64,000 nt of DNA from Escherichia coli. Lineage in GTDB: Bacteria > Pseudomonadota > Gammaproteobacteria > Enterobacterales > Enterobacteriaceae. Location: the NCBI RefSeq assembly GCF_003334385.1, contig NZ_QOWN01000006.1; one strand, 5' to 3'. The position numbers were made by a program, and so were the translations under genes. Under the pieces are notes generated by a model. That model was not told where the DNA came from and did not search any database. It saw nothing but the letters and a program-made list of their open reading frames with translations. This document shows, piece after piece, positions 1 to 16,304 of the stretch. How positions within the stretch are numbered: position 1 is the stretch's first letter; each line of letters begins with the position of its first letter.

Positions 1-1
1 G

Positions 2-442
2 TTCGGTGATTTGCTGGCAGTGACGCCAGAAGATCTCATCTCTATTGCGATTGGCGTGGTCATCGTGGTGGCTATTTTGTTCTGGCAATGGCGCAATTTG
101 CTGTCAATGACGATAAGCCCGGATCTGGCGTTTGTTGATGGTGTGAAATTACAGCGAGTGAAATTGTTGTTGATGCTGGTGACGGCATTGACGATTGGTG
201 TAGCGATGAAATTTGTCGGTGCGTTGATTATTACTTCGTTGCTGATTATTCCTGCTGCTACTGCGCGTCGCTTTGCCCGCACGCCGGAACAGATGGCTGG
301 TGTCGCTGTTTTGGTGGGGATGGTGGCAGTGACTGGCGGTTTAACCTTTTCCGCGGTTTACGATACGCCGGCGGGTCCGTCGGTGGTGCTATGTGCGGCA
401 CTGTTATTTATTCTCAGTATGATGAAAAAGCAGGCCAGCTAA
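2..442 (+). CDS. znuB: Zinc ABC transporter permease ZnuB, C-terminal part (5' end outside window)
   Basis: Open frame runs to the window edge; hydrophobic membrane-protein translation; position directly beside ruvB as in E. coli. Confidence 0.8.
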
Positions 443-454
443 TCTATCGCTGAA

Positions 455-1602
<1,148 letters not shown>

Positions 1603-1607
1603 TTACC

Positions 1608-2219
1608 TCATAACGCGGCGCGTAGGGCTTCGCGAATTAAAGTTTCACTGCTGGCGTCAGGGCGAGCGATTTTGCTCACCATGCGGCTTGCTTCTTGTGG
1701 TTTATAGCCCAGCGCCACCAGCGCGGCAACCGCTTCTTGTTCAGCATCGTCGGTCGCCGGGCTGGCAGGAGACGTGAGTACCAGGTCGGCGGCTGGCGTA
1801 AAGAGATCGCCATGCAAACCTTTAAATCGGTCTTTCATTTCAACAATCAAGCGTTCGGCGGTTTTTTTGCCAATACCCGGCAGTTTCACCAGTGCCCCCA
1901 CTTCTTCACGCTCAACGGCATTAACGAACTGCTGCGCTGACATTCCGGAGAGGATCGCCAGCGCCAACTTCGGGCCGACGCCGTTGGTTTTGATCAACTC
2001 TTTGAACAATGTGCGCTCTTGTTTATTGTTAAAACCGTACAGCAGTTGCGCGTCTTCACGCACCACAAAGTGGGTGAAAACGATCGCTTCCTGACCCGCT
2101 TCAGGGAGTTCATAAAAACAGGTCATCGGCATATGCACTTCATAGCCTACGCCGCCCACTTCAATTAACACCAGCGGGGGTTGTTTTTCAATGATGATGC
2201 CTCTGAGTCTGCCTATCAC
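1608..2219 (-). CDS. ruvA: Holliday junction DNA-binding protein RuvA
   Basis: 203-aa ORF beginning [12 protein letters not shown]; 8-nt gap to ruvB indicates an operon. Confidence 0.97.
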   Translation of the reverse strand: MIGRLRGIIIEKQPPLVLIEVGGVGYEVHMPMTCFYELPEAGQEAIVFTHFVVREDAQLLYGFNNKQERTLFKELIKTNGVGPKLALAILSGMSAQQFVNAVEREEVGALVKLPGIGKKTAERLIVEMKDRFKGLHGDLFTPAADLVLTSPASPATDDAEQEAVAALVALGYKPQEASRMVSKIARPDASSETLIREALRAAL

Positions 2220-2270
2220 ATGACGCTCCTGCGTAATGAATCAAAGATAATGCTGTATGATAAAAAAATG

Positions 2271-2286
2271 CTGGATAGATATCCAG
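2271..2286. promoter_or_regulatory. LexA (SOS) box upstream of ruvAB
   Basis: ctggatagatatccag fits CTG-N10-CAG and sits about 50 bp upstream of the ruvA start. Confidence 0.6.
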
Positions 2287-2493
2287 CGAAGGATGAAGAA
2301 AACTTGCGAGGTGTCTCGATGAACTGAAAAATGGCACAGTATAATTTATTCTACAGGTTATATTGGAAGCAAATATTTTAATATTACATATTCAGTGAAG
2401 AAATGCGTAATAAAAATATACATTGCGCCTCCTGAAAAAATAAATTTTTTATGCTATTACGTATATTTGTATCTATTTCAATGGAATGACAAC

Positions 2494-3096
2494 GTGAATA
2501 TTAATTACCCTGCTGAATATGAAATTGGAGATATCGTCTTTACATGTATAGGTGCTGCCTTATTTGGTCAAATATCAGCTGCATCAAATTGCTGGAGTAA
2601 TCACGTCGGGATCATTATCGGTCATAACGGTGAAGACTTCCTGGTTGCAGAAAGCCGGGTTCCCCTTTCAACCATCACCACGCTATCTCGTTTTATTAAA
2701 CGTTCGTCTAATCAACGCTATGCTATAAAGCGATTAGACGCTGGGCTGACAGAACGACAAAAACAACGAATTGTTGAACAGGTTCCCTCCCGGCTACGCA
2801 AACTTTACCACACCGGTTTTAAATACGAATCTTCGCGCCAGTTCTGTTCAAAATTTGTTTTTGATATTTATAAAGAAGCGCTATGTATTCCGGTGGGTGA
2901 AATAGAGACGTTTGGAGAATTGTTAAATAGCAATCCGAATGCAAAACTCACTTTCTGGAAATTCTGGTTCCTGGGTTCTATTCCGTGGGAGCGTAAAACC
3001 GTCACGCCAGCCAGTTTGTGGCATCATCCGGGTTTGGTGTTGATTCATGCGGAGGGAGTGGAAACGCCTCAGTCGGAACTGACCGAGGCGGTATAA
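2494..3096 (+). CDS. yebB: Uncharacterized protein YebB (GTG start)
   Basis: Six-frame ORF 2395..3096; start moved to in-frame GTG at 2494 to give the 200-aa length I recall for YebB. Confidence 0.8.
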   Translation: MNINYPAEYEIGDIVFTCIGAALFGQISAASNCWSNHVGIIIGHNGEDFLVAESRVPLSTITTLSRFIKRSSNQRYAIKRLDAGLTERQKQRIVEQVPSRLRKLYHTGFKYESSRQFCSKFVFDIYKEALCIPVGEIETFGELLNSNPNAKLTFWKFWFLGSIPWERKTVTPASLWHHPGLVLIHAEGVETPQSELTEAV

Positions 3097-3097
3097 C

Positions 3098-3619
3098 TTA
3101 ACGCAGTCGCCCTCTCGCCAGGTTCAGCCGCGATTCGCTCATCTGCATCGCATTCTGACTAACGTGGCAGTGGGTGATAGCAATCGCCAGCGCATCGGCG
3201 GCATCCGCCTGTGGATTAGCGGGCAGTTTCAGCAAGGTGCGGACCATATGCTGCACCTGGCTTTTTTCGGCACTGCCAATACCTACCACCGTTTGCTTTA
3301 CCTGACGTGCCGCGTATTCAAATACTGGCAACTCCTGATTCACCGCCGCCACAATCGCCACGCCGCGCGCCTGGCCCAGTTTCAGGGCTGAGTCAGCGTT
3401 CTTTGCCATAAAGACTTGTTCAATGGCGAAATAATCAGGCTGGAACTGGGTGATGATTTCCGTCACGCCCGCATAGATGAGTTTCAGACGAGACGGTAAA
3501 TCATCCACTTTGGTGCGGATGCATCCGCTACCCAGGTAGGACAGTTGCCTACCTACCTGGCGGATGACGCCGTAGCCGGTCACGCGCGAACCCGGATCAA
3601 TGCCGAGAATAATAGCCAT
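3098..3619 (-). CDS. ruvC: Crossover junction endodeoxyribonuclease RuvC
   Basis: Translation [18 protein letters not shown] recognised as RuvC; 173 aa from the second Met. Confidence 0.95.
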
Positions 3620-3653
3620 CACGCGTCTCCGTTTTGCTGTTTAGCAGGCCTCA

Positions 3654-4394
3654 TCAGAGAGTCGCTGCGACCTCATCAGAGATTTCACCGTTATGGTAAA
3701 CTTCCTGCACGTCGTCGCAATCTTCCAGCATATCGATCAGACGCATCAGTTTCGGTGCGGTTTCTGCATCCATATCAGCTTTGGTAGACGGGATCATGGA
3801 AACTTCCGCGCTGTCTGCTTTCAGACCTGCCGCTTCCAGAGCGTCGCGCACTTTACCCATTTCTTCCCATGCAGTGTAGACATCAATCGCGCCGTCATCA
3901 TAGGTCACAACGTCTTCAGCACCTGCTTCCAGTGCTGCTTCCATGATGGTGTCTTCATCGCCTTTCTCGAAGGAGATCACGCCTTTTTTGCTGAACAGAT
4001 AGGCAACGGAACCATCAGTACCGAGGTTACCGCCACATTTGCTAAATGCATGACGCACTTCAGCAACGGTACGGTTGCGGTTGTCAGACAGACATTCAAT
4101 CATGATTGCCGTGCCGCCAGGACCGTAACCTTCGTAGATGATGGTTTCCATGTTTGCATCATCATCACCGCCCACACCACGTGCAATTGCGCGGTTCAGT
4201 GTGTCACGGGTCATGTTGTTAGACAGTGCTTTATCCACCGCCGCACGCAGACGCGGGTTAGCGTCCGGATCGCCACCGCCCAGCTTAGCCGCGGTTACCA
4301 GCTCACGAATGATTTTAGTGAAGATTTTACCGCGCTTAGCATCCTGCGCAGCTTTACGATGTCTGGTGTTGGCCCATTTACTATGACCTGCCAT
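3654..4394 (-). CDS. yebC: YebC/PmpR-family transcriptional regulator
   Basis: 246-aa ORF beginning [23 protein letters not shown], upstream of ruvC on the same strand. Confidence 0.95.
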
Positions 4395-4422
4395 AAAAAT
4401 ATCTCCAGATAGCCCTGCCTGT

Positions 4423-4875
4423 TCAGGCAGCGTTAATTACAAACTGTTCAATCGCCTGCCGGTTGCTCCAGGACTTAGTGAGCGCCGCCGCAGCAGGCGC
4501 ATCAAGCCACTTGTAAGCCAGATGTTCAGTGAAAACGATCTGCCGCTCGTGCGGAAGCGCAAGACAGAACCATGATTCCGTATTACGCGTCACGCCCGGC
4601 GCATAGCGATGACGTAAATGTGAAAAAATTTCAAACTCTACCGTGCGCTGACAGTCAATTAAGGTCAGTTGTTCAGCGACAACATCAATGGTGACCTCTT
4701 CCTTTACTTCGCGCATGGCAGCTTGCGGCGCGGTTTCACCCTCTTCCACGCTGCCGGTTACCGACTGCCAGAAATCGGGATCGTCACGCCGCTGCAACAT
4801 CAGCACCCGTTTCGTATCTTGTGCGTAGATGACCACTAAGATCGAAACGGGACGCTTATACACTTTATCCTTCAC
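4423..4875 (-). CDS. nudB: Dihydroneopterin triphosphate pyrophosphatase NudB (GTG start)
   Basis: Translation from in-frame GTG ([15 protein letters not shown]..., 150 aa) matches NudB; Nudix box present. Confidence 0.9.
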
Positions 4876-4992
4876 GCTGCCTCTTCGTTGACTGCCTTCG
4901 CTCATCCCATTCACATAGTTATCTATGCTCATGGGAGTTCACTCAGTTGCCGCCTCGATGCAACGCGAATGATTTCGTGTATTTGAGTCATA

Positions 4993-6765
4993 TCAGTTAT
5001 TCTCAGCCTTCTTCACAACCTGAATGCTCAGCTCAGCCAGTGCAGTCGGGTTAGCAAAGCTCGGTGCTTCAGTCATCAGACACGCTGCCGCCGTGGTTTT
5101 CGGGAAGGCGATAACGTCACGGATATTGTCGGTGCCGGTCAGCAGCATGGTCAGACGGTCAAGACCGAATGCCAGACCTGCGTGCGGCGGAGTACCGTAT
5201 TTCAGAGCGTCGAGCAGGAAGCCGAATTTCTCGCGCTGTTCCTCTTCGTTGATACCCAGAATACCAAACACCGTCTGCTGCATATCACCATTATGGATAC
5301 GTACTGAACCACCGCCCACTTCGTAACCATTGATGACCATATCGTAAGCGTTCGCCACCGCATTTTCCGGTGCAGCTTTCAGTTCTGCAGCCGTCATATC
5401 TTTCGGTGAGGTGAACGGATGGTGCATTGCCGTCAGGCCGCCTTCACCGTCGTCTTCAAACATCGGGAAGTCGATAACCCACAGCGGTGCCCATTTGCTT
5501 TCGTCGGTCAGACCAAGGTCTTTACCCACTTTCAGGCGCAGTGCACCCATCGCGTCGGCAACAATTTTCTTGTTGTCGGCACCGAAGAAAATCATATCGC
5601 CATCTTGCGCGGCAGTACGATCCAGGATGTCTTCGATGATTTCTGCATTAAGGAACTTCGCTACCGGGCTGTTGATACCTTCCAGACCTTTCGCGCGTTC
5701 GTTAACTTTGATGTAAGCCAGACCTTTCGCGCCGTAGATTTTAACGAAGTTACCGTATTCGTCGATCTGCTTACGGGTCAGCGATGCGCCGCCCGGAACG
5801 CGCAGAGCCGCTACGCGACCTTTCGGATCGTTCGCCGGACCTGCAAATACAGCAAACTCAACAGATTTCAGCAGATCAGCAACGTCAGTCAGTTCCATCG
5901 GGTTACGCAGATCCGGTTTATCAGAACCATAACGGCGTTCTGCTTCCGCAAAGGTCATTACCGGGAAATCGCCCAGATCCACACCCTTCACTTCCAGCCA
6001 CAGATGACGCACCAGCGCTTCCATCACTTCACGCACTTGCGGCGCGGTCATGAAAGAAGTTTCCACATCGATCTGAGTAAATTCAGGCTGACGGTCAGCA
6101 CGCAGGTCTTCGTCACGGAAGCATTTAACGATCTGATAGTAACGGTCAAAACCGGACATCATCAGCAGCTGTTTGAACAACTGCGGGGATTGCGGCAGTG
6201 CGTAGAATTTACCTTTGTGCACACGAGAAGGCACCAGGTAGTCACGCGCGCCTTCCGGCGTGGCTTTGGTCAGCATCGGAGTTTCGATGTCGAGGAAGCC
6301 GTGGTCATCCATAAAACGGCGCACCAGGCTGGTGATTTTAGCGCGGGTTTTCAGGCGCTGAGCCATTTCCGGACGACGCAGGTCGAGGTAGCGGTATTTC
6401 AGACGCGCTTCTTCGGTGTTGACGTGGTTAGAGTCAAGCGGCAGAACATCTGCGCGGTTGATGATAGTCAGCGAGGACGCCAGCACTTCGATTTCGCCGG
6501 TCGCCATATCGCGGTTAATATTTTTTTCGTCACGCGCACGTACGGTGCCCGTGACCTGAATGCAGAACTCATTACGCAGTTCAGAGGCCAGCTTTAACGC
6601 GTCCGCACGATCCGGATCGAAAAATACCTGCACGATACCTTCGCGGTCGCGCATATCGATGAAGATCAGGCTACCAAGATCACGACGACGGTTGACCCAA
6701 CCACACAGAGTCACCTGCTGCCCCACGTGGGACAAACGGAGCTGTCCACAATATTCTGTACGCAT
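4993..6765 (-). CDS. aspS: Aspartate--tRNA ligase
   Basis: 590-aa ORF with class II aminoacyl-tRNA synthetase motifs; recognised as AspS. Confidence 0.97.
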   Translation of the reverse strand: MRTEYCGQLRLSHVGQQVTLCGWVNRRRDLGSLIFIDMRDREGIVQVFFDPDRADALKLASELRNEFCIQVTGTVRARDEKNINRDMATGEIEVLASSLTIINRADVLPLDSNHVNTEEARLKYRYLDLRRPEMAQRLKTRAKITSLVRRFMDDHGFLDIETPMLTKATPEGARDYLVPSRVHKGKFYALPQSPQLFKQLLMMSGFDRYYQIVKCFRDEDLRADRQPEFTQIDVETSFMTAPQVREVMEALVRHLWLEVKGVDLGDFPVMTFAEAERRYGSDKPDLRNPMELTDVADLLKSVEFAVFAGPANDPKGRVAALRVPGGASLTRKQIDEYGNFVKIYGAKGLAYIKVNERAKGLEGINSPVAKFLNAEIIEDILDRTAAQDGDMIFFGADNKKIVADAMGALRLKVGKDLGLTDESKWAPLWVIDFPMFEDDGEGGLTAMHHPFTSPKDMTAAELKAAPENAVANAYDMVINGYEVGGGSVRIHNGDMQQTVFGILGINEEEQREKFGFLLDALKYGTPPHAGLAFGLDRLTMLLTGTDNIRDVIAFPKTTAAACLMTEAPSFANPTALAELSIQVVKKAENN

Positions 6766-7074
6766 GAGATATCCCTTAACTTAGCTGCCGGCGGATGCCC
6801 CCTGCTGCGCAGGTGACCAAGTCGCAGCGTTAGCTGTATGTCACAACTGAATGAAAAAAGGCGGCTATTATACTGGAAATTCTGCCGCACCGTAAGAGCC
6901 TGGCCCGCGCTGGAACGCCTCGTTACCACTTTATATCGGGCCTGAAATCAGACTCTACGCCAGTTTGCTATAAAGGTGTTGCCCGAACTCATAAAAATTA
7001 ACAAAATTTGTCGTTCCGCCATCGGCTAATCGCATTAAGGTGTGAGGCACGATTTTGTTTTTTCAGGAGTCATT

Positions 7075-7641
7075 ATGCTTGAACTTAATGCTAAAACCAC
7101 TGCGCTGGTGGTGATCGATTTACAAGAAGGCATCTTACCTTTTGCCGGTGGTCCACATACTGCCGATGAGGTAGTTAATCGCGCCGGGAAGCTGGCGGCG
7201 AAATTTCGCGCCAGCGGTCAGCCCGTGTTTCTGGTGCGCGTTGGCTGGTCTGCCGATTACGCTGAAGCATTAAAACAGCCGGTCGATGCGCCCTCACCGG
7301 CTAAAGTGTTGCCCGAAAATTGGTGGCAACATCCTGCTGCATTAGGTGCAACCGACAGCGATATCGAAATCATCAAACGTCAATGGGGTGCGTTTTACGG
7401 TACGGATCTGGAGTTGCAATTACGCCGCCGAGGTATCGATACAATAGTGTTATGTGGGATCTCGACCAATATCGGTGTTGAATCCACCGCCCGCAATGCC
7501 TGGGAACTTGGCTTTAATCTGGTGATTGCCGAAGACGCCTGTAGTGCCGCCAGCGCCGAGCAGCACAATAACAGTATCAACCATATCTACCCGCGCATCG
7601 CCCGTGTGCGTAGCGTGGAAGAGATCCTCAACGCGTTATGA
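7075..7641 (+). CDS. yecD: Isochorismatase-family hydrolase YecD
   Basis: ATG at 7075 preceded by aggag; 188-aa product [17 protein letters not shown]; stop overlaps the yecE start. Confidence 0.9.
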
Positions 7642-8456
7642 TTTACATCGGTCTACCGCAATGGTCGCATCCTAAATGGGTGCGGTTGGGGATCACCAGC
7701 CTTGAAGAGTATGCCCGCCACTTTAACTGCGTGGAGGGCAACACCACGCTTTACGCCCTGCCGAAACCCGAGGTTGTCCTGCGCTGGCGTGAGCAGACCA
7801 CAGATGACTTCCGCTTCTGTTTTAAGTTTCCGGCGACCATTTCGCATCAGGCAGCATTACGGCATTGCGATGATTTAGTGACTGAATTTTTGACCCGCAT
7901 GTCACCGTTGGCTCCGCGCATTGGGCAATACTGGCTGCAACTGCCTGCCACATTCGGCCCACGGGAGCTGCCTGCGCTTTGGCATTTTCTCGATTCTCTT
8001 CCTGGCGAATTTAATTATGGCGTGGAAGTCCGCCATCCACAGTTTTTCGCCAAAGGAGAAGAGGAACAAACGCTTAATCGCGGTTTACATCAGCGCGGCG
8101 TTAATCGGGTGATTTTAGACAGCCGCCCGGTTCATGCAGCACGTCCACACAGTGAAGCTATTCGCGACGCTCAACGAAAAAAACCTAAAGTTCCGGTACA
8201 TGCTGTACTGACGGCGACAAATCCGCTGATCCGTTTTATCGGTAGTGATGATATGACGCAAAACCGGGAATTATTTCAGGTCTGGTTACAAAAATTAGCG
8301 CAGTGGCATCAGACCACTACGCCTTATCTTTTTTTACATACGCCAGACATTGCCCAGGCACCGGAACTGGTACATACCCTGTGGGAAGACTTACGTAAAA
8401 CGCTTCCAGAGATCGGAGCAGTTCCGGCTATTCCACAGCAATCTTCTCTTTTCTGA
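7638..8456 (+). CDS. yecE: DUF72-family protein YecE
   Basis: 272-aa ORF; start overlaps the yecD stop (ATGA). Confidence 0.9.
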
Positions 8457-8508
8457 ATTTGCCACCTATCATAGACAGGTGCCATCGGCCATTTTAAAGG
8501 GAGTTTGT

Positions 8509-10656
<2,148 letters not shown>

Positions 10657-10670
10657 AGGTCTGGTATTAC

Positions 10671-10770
10671 TGCCGGATGCGGCGTGAACGCCTTATCCGG
10701 CCTACAAAACCTTGCTAATTCAATATATTGCAGGGACTATGTAGGCCTGATAAGCATAGCGCATCAGGCA
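10671..10770. repeat. RIP-type element: two inverted REPs flanking an IHF-like site
   Basis: tgccggatgcggcgtgaacgccttatccggcctaca ... aattcaatatattgca ... tgtaggcctgataagcatagcgcatcaggca. Confidence 0.75.
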
Positions 10771-10791
10771 GCTTTACGTTTGCATAACCTC

Positions 10792-10811
10792 AGCGCCCGT
10801 TTCCGGGCGCT
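10792..10811. terminator. GC-rich hairpin in the cmoB/torZ convergent gap; possible terminator
   Basis: agcgcccg-tttc-cgggcgct inverted repeat; no strong U-tract on either strand. Confidence 0.3.
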
Positions 10812-10820
10812 ATTCACGTC

Positions 10821-13250
10821 TTACGCCTGAACAGCTGGCTGATCAAACGCCGTTAACTTCGGTGCATTGCCCGTATATTTTTCGATATACACCAACGCTG
10901 AGTTACCGGCACAGGCATTTGCCAGCTGCGAGCTGGGGATATCCGCCGTTAACACGTTCGCACTGCCGTTTTTACACAAGCCATTTTCCAGATCTGGCCA
11001 TGCACCTTCATGCACGCATACCACGCCTTTTTTGATCCCGTCAGTCACCACCGCGCCTGTCAAAATCTGACCACGTTTGTTCCAGACACGCACCAGATCG
11101 CCATTCGCAATACCAAAGCGTGCAGCATCTTCGGTGTGAATAGTGATTGGTTCACGATCGGCGATCGCATATTTTTTACGCAGTTCCGCATAGTTAAGCT
11201 GACTGTGTAAACGGTGTGCCGGATGTGCGGTCAGAAGCTGTAACTGCTTCTCGTCGGCGGTACCTTTCCATTCATCAGGAGCCAGCCAGGTTGGGTGTGC
11301 CGGGCAATCCTTATAGCCAAATTTTTCCAACGTTTTTGAATAGATTTCAATTTTGCCGCTTGGCGTACCCAGCGCATTTTTCACCGGATCGGCGCGGAAA
11401 TCACCATAACGAACGTACTGTTCGTTCTTCTCGCTGCGGCGCATTTCGATCAGTTTATTTTGCTGCCAGAAGGCATTAAACATTGGCATAGTGACGCGTT
11501 GCGCACGGGCACCTTTCTGAGCGGCATCATAGAAAAATTTCAGCCACGCCATTTCATCTTTACCTTCGGTATAGATCTCTTTTCCGCCAGGTTTGAGTAA
11601 TTCCGCAAGATCGGCAAACACGTCAAAATCGTTACGCGCTTCAAATTGCGGAGCAACAGCCTGCTTCATCGGCACAATATGCTGGTTGCTGTAATCACCG
11701 GTCATCGTCAAGTCATTGCGCTCAAACGATGTGGTGATCGGTAATACGATATCTGCGTGTTTGGCTGCTGCGGTCCAGTAGCATTCAGAAACGACGATCA
11801 TCTCCGGTTTCTGCCATGCTTTAATCAGACGATTAGTATCCTGGTGATGGGTAAAGTTACCGCCACCCGCCCACCAGATCATTTTGATATTCGGATACGT
11901 TTGTTCTTTACCGTTATGCTGATATTTGCCGCCAGGATTTTCCAGCGCATCGACGATACGGGCAACAGGAATCGCCGTCATTCCGCCATCATCAGCGGCC
12001 TCGCTGGCATGTCCGGCAATCGCCGCAGACATTTCCGGCAGCACGCCGCCAACACGCGTCGGGTTGCCACCGTTGGAGTAATGATAAGAGAAACCAAAAC
12101 CGCCGCCCGGTGTACCAATCTGCCCTAACATCGCCGCCAGCGTCACCAGCATCCAGTGTTTCTGTTCACCATATTGCTGGCGCTGAATTCCCCAGCCTGC
12201 CATCAGCATTGTGCGATTCGCCGCCATCAGTTCAGCGAGTTTGACTATCTGCGCTTCCGGTACGCCAGTAATTTCCGCCGCCCAGACCGCGCTCTTCGGC
12301 GTATTATCGCTCTTACCTGTCAGATACTCTTCAAACTGCGGATACCCGGTAGTGTATTTTTCAAGGAACACTTTATCGTGTTTGCCTTGTGTCATCAGGG
12401 TATGCGCAATCCCTAACATCAGTGCCACGTCGGTGCCCATATTCGGCGCGATCCAGGTGGCATTATCGTCAAAGAATTCGATGGTTTCGGAGCGGATAGG
12501 ATCAATGGCAATCACTGGTTTGCCAGATTTTTTCAGCTGATGGAAGTATTCCAGCCCTTGCTCATCGGTACTGCTCCAGGCAATTTTTAAGGTATTCAGC
12601 GGGTTCATTCCCCACAGCACCACAACCTGGCTGTTTTCCAGAATCAGCGGCCAAGAGGTCTGCTGTTCATACACCTCTACAGAACCGACCACATGCGGCA
12701 TGATCACCTGTGCTGCCCCGGTTGAATAATCGCCGCTATGCCCGGAATAACCGCCCGCCAGGTTCATATAACGTTGCAGTAAGGTTTGCGCTTTATGCAA
12801 CACGCCAGAAGAGCGCCAGCCGTAAGATCCGGCAAAAATGGCCGATGGTCCGTTAGCTTTACGAATACGATCATGTTGCTCATGAATCAGTTTTAATGCC
12901 TGTTCCCAGCTCACCTGTACATAGGTATCTTCGCCACGACCTTTCGCCGGTTGCAGTGGATTATCGAGATAGCTTTTTCTCACCATCGGATGCTGAATAC
13001 GCGCCGTGGTGTGTACCTGATCCGCCGCCGTAGACTGTAAGGAATTCGGTATGGTTTTCGCCAGCGCGCCTGTTGAAGAAACAATCTTGCCGTCCTTCAC
13101 TTCTACGTTCATCGCTCCCCAACGTCCCGCGGTGAGGATTTTACCGCCCTTCTCTTCTGCCCATGCGGGGAGCGGTGCTGCCGATGTCACCACCAGCGCT
13201 CCAGCGGCAATACCGCTGTGTTTAATAAATTCACGTCTTGTTAATGTCAT
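10821..13250 (-). CDS. torZ: Trimethylamine-N-oxide reductase 2, molybdopterin catalytic subunit TorZ
   Basis: Start set at ATG 13250 ([17 protein letters not shown], Tat-type signal), about 809 aa; recognised as TorZ/BisZ. Confidence 0.93.
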   Translation of the reverse strand: MTLTRREFIKHSGIAAGALVVTSAAPLPAWAEEKGGKILTAGRWGAMNVEVKDGKIVSSTGALAKTIPNSLQSTAADQVHTTARIQHPMVRKSYLDNPLQPAKGRGEDTYVQVSWEQALKLIHEQHDRIRKANGPSAIFAGSYGWRSSGVLHKAQTLLQRYMNLAGGYSGHSGDYSTGAAQVIMPHVVGSVEVYEQQTSWPLILENSQVVVLWGMNPLNTLKIAWSSTDEQGLEYFHQLKKSGKPVIAIDPIRSETIEFFDDNATWIAPNMGTDVALMLGIAHTLMTQGKHDKVFLEKYTTGYPQFEEYLTGKSDNTPKSAVWAAEITGVPEAQIVKLAELMAANRTMLMAGWGIQRQQYGEQKHWMLVTLAAMLGQIGTPGGGFGFSYHYSNGGNPTRVGGVLPEMSAAIAGHASEAADDGGMTAIPVARIVDALENPGGKYQHNGKEQTYPNIKMIWWAGGGNFTHHQDTNRLIKAWQKPEMIVVSECYWTAAAKHADIVLPITTSFERNDLTMTGDYSNQHIVPMKQAVAPQFEARNDFDVFADLAELLKPGGKEIYTEGKDEMAWLKFFYDAAQKGARAQRVTMPMFNAFWQQNKLIEMRRSEKNEQYVRYGDFRADPVKNALGTPSGKIEIYSKTLEKFGYKDCPAHPTWLAPDEWKGTADEKQLQLLTAHPAHRLHSQLNYAELRKKYAIADREPITIHTEDAARFGIANGDLVRVWNKRGQILTGAVVTDGIKKGVVCVHEGAWPDLENGLCKNGSANVLTADIPSSQLANACAGNSALVYIEKYTGNAPKLTAFDQPAVQA

Positions 13251-13274
13251 AACTTCCTCCCTGATCAACGAGGA

Positions 13275-14375
13275 TCACTGTTTCTCGGTAATATCTTTGG
13301 CGTTGTACTGGAAATACCGCGTTAAAATGTCCAGTTCGTTTTCGCTCATGCTGGTTCGTGCCCCCATTCCTTTGGCAATGGACGGCCACGCATTGACTGT
13401 GTAATGGTCGGCGGCAATAGGGGCATGACAACCAGCGCAATAGGTATCGTCAAGTTTTTCAGCGTATTGCCATAGCGGTTTACGGTCCGCTAATGCGGGA
13501 TCGGTAAGCGCACCCTGTAAAGACGCCTGACGCCATTGATTGCCGTATTCGTCAGCCTGCCATTCCCCGTTTACAGTGAGCGCCTTGATACCTTCTTCAC
13601 TTAATGTGGCTAGCGCCAGCCGTTGACCTGCCGCCAGGTAGAGCGTGTTTTCACTGCCCTGCATTTGATAACCCTGCAACAGAACGATCGGCTGTTTGCC
13701 ACTGGCATCAACGACGGTGAGATCGGTTCCAGGATTCACGGTAGCCAGCTCGCCTATGTGAGAAGTTTTGAAAGGATAAATATGTGCGCCATTAGTAACT
13801 GAAGTAGCGGCCTGACTTTCCAGCTCATGCGCCGCGTTGTCATCCATTTTTATTTCTGGCGGAAAATGGGCAATGCCTTTATGACAATCGATACAGGTTT
13901 CGCTGTCCTTTTGTGCTTTGTTATGCATTTTCTGCGCAGATTCACTTTGCGAGGCAATATCCATGGCATCAAAAGAATGGCAACTACGGCACGTTGCAGA
14001 GTCAGTGGCTTTTAATTCTTTCCATACTGTTTCGGCCATTTCCTGGCGATGAGCTTCGAACTTATCGTCACTGTCTATTTTGTCGCTAACAAATTCATGA
14101 TAAATATCTTTAGATGCCTTTAATTTAGCAAATAAATAATCCATCCCTGACTTTGGAATATGGCAATCGGCACATTCCGCACGTATCCCTTTCTGGTTCG
14201 AAAAGTGGACAGTTCCCTGATATTCCTCAAAAGGTTTACTCATCGAGTGGCAGGAAAGGCAAAATGCTGTATCCGACGTTTTATGTAAGGCTTTTTGCGC
14301 CAGCAATAACCCGCCGCCACCAACCACAACCGCTATCAGCAAAAACAATAACCCAATGCGTTTTTTCCCTCGCAT
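13275..14375 (-). CDS. torY: NapC/NirT-family multihaem c-type cytochrome TorY
   Basis: 366-aa ORF with an N-terminal membrane anchor and several CxxCH haem motifs; immediately upstream of torZ. Confidence 0.93.
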   Translation of the reverse strand: MRGKKRIGLLFLLIAVVVGGGGLLLAQKALHKTSDTAFCLSCHSMSKPFEEYQGTVHFSNQKGIRAECADCHIPKSGMDYLFAKLKASKDIYHEFVSDKIDSDDKFEAHRQEMAETVWKELKATDSATCRSCHSFDAMDIASQSESAQKMHNKAQKDSETCIDCHKGIAHFPPEIKMDDNAAHELESQAATSVTNGAHIYPFKTSHIGELATVNPGTDLTVVDASGKQPIVLLQGYQMQGSENTLYLAAGQRLALATLSEEGIKALTVNGEWQADEYGNQWRQASLQGALTDPALADRKPLWQYAEKLDDTYCAGCHAPIAADHYTVNAWPSIAKGMGARTSMSENELDILTRYFQYNAKDITEKQ

Positions 14376-14685
14376 AGATTCCTCTAATTAAATTACTGGA
14401 CACCGAAATCATTGTATAATTAAATATACAACGAATTAACCGCTTGCATAATTAGGCACAACACTGCCTGAAACAATCGATAAAGAATATGATTTATTAC
14501 AATGTAATCATTAATTGCTAAGGAATAACCCAGTTGCTATTTAGAATATATATTTATCAGTTTTAGTAATTTAAATCCCATAATTAATGTGAATATATAC
14601 AATATTTTTAGCACAACGCTATGCGCACTGTCACCCGCTCAACAGATCACGGTTATCGTTCGTTTTTTATACTGTTCAGGGATAA

Positions 14686-14719
14686 AAAAAGGCCCCTGTT
14701 GAAATTGCAGGGGCCTGGT
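14686..14719 (-). terminator. Rho-independent terminator downstream of cutC
   Basis: Minus strand reads ggcccctgcaatttcaacaggggcc followed by ttttttt. Confidence 0.7.
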
Positions 14720-14762
14720 ACGAGCAAGCATCATATTGGGCGACATGATGCAACGGTAAAAA

Positions 14763-15518
<756 letters not shown>

Positions 15519-15522
15519 TTAA

Positions 15523-16089
15523 TTACGCCGACTGCTCGCTGGCAACGATCTCTTCAATGGACCACGGATGAAACTTAATAGTTGTTTTGCCATCGGTGAC
15601 CGCCAGCGTCGGATTCGGTAATCGCTCATGCTCACCTTTTGGCGAACTGGTTTTCACTGAGATCCCCGGTAGGCTGAGTCCTTCATCAGAAAGCAATGCC
15701 AGCGCACGGGCATTCAGCGTTTCTGGATCACCCGGCAGAACGATTTCAATATGTTCCCAACCTTCGTGTGGGTAACGTTTTTCCCCGGGCCACGGTAGCT
15801 CCACAATAGAAAACTGCCAGTGCGCAACCTGTACCGGTTCATGCAATTTAAACAGACAAATCGGTCTGCCATTGATCATATTTTCTGACAAAAGCTCGCC
15901 ACACTGTTCAAACCCGCGACGCCAGCGTTCAGCAGTGGCGTTTTGATGGCAACGCAAAGAAATGTGATCGGCAGTCAGCGGAGTGATATTCAACCCCAGA
16001 CGGCGGGAAAGTTCATCTAATGCGTGGATAAATCGCGGTAAATCCGATGCAATATCCTGCAGCTCGTCGATAGATTGCCAGTTCGCCAT
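15523..16089 (-). CDS. yecM: Uncharacterized protein YecM
   Basis: Translation MANWQSIDELQDIASDLPRF, about 188 aa; divergent from argS. Confidence 0.88.
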   Translation of the reverse strand: MANWQSIDELQDIASDLPRFIHALDELSRRLGLNITPLTADHISLRCHQNATAERWRRGFEQCGELLSENMINGRPICLFKLHEPVQVAHWQFSIVELPWPGEKRYPHEGWEHIEIVLPGDPETLNARALALLSDEGLSLPGISVKTSSPKGEHERLPNPTLAVTDGKTTIKFHPWSIEEIVASEQSA

Positions 16090-16304
16090 AATCACTCTTC
16101 GTCTTTCAGTAAAAGCGTTAATTTACCCTGTTGCCCTGTGCCAACCAACCGCTGATTTCACGCCGCTTCTGATGCAATAGTGAAAACGGCAATACGCCAC
16201 GCGCACGTTGCTGACGAAAACAGCCATTTGCAGTATACTCCCGCCCTAATTTCTTTAACTGGTGCGGGCAATTTTTGCTCGCTTCATCAATGTAAGGTAT
16301 TCCG

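Noticed and set aside
3693-4412. 239-aa plus-strand ORF antisense to yebC.
   Set aside because: Nested antisense frame with implausible composition; yebC on the opposite strand is the well-supported gene.
5419-6597. 392-aa ORF on the plus strand, antisense to aspS.
   Set aside because: Lies entirely inside aspS on the opposite strand, with a low-complexity R/H/F/V-rich translation typical of a shadow frame of a codon-biased gene; no ribosome-binding site or promoter context.
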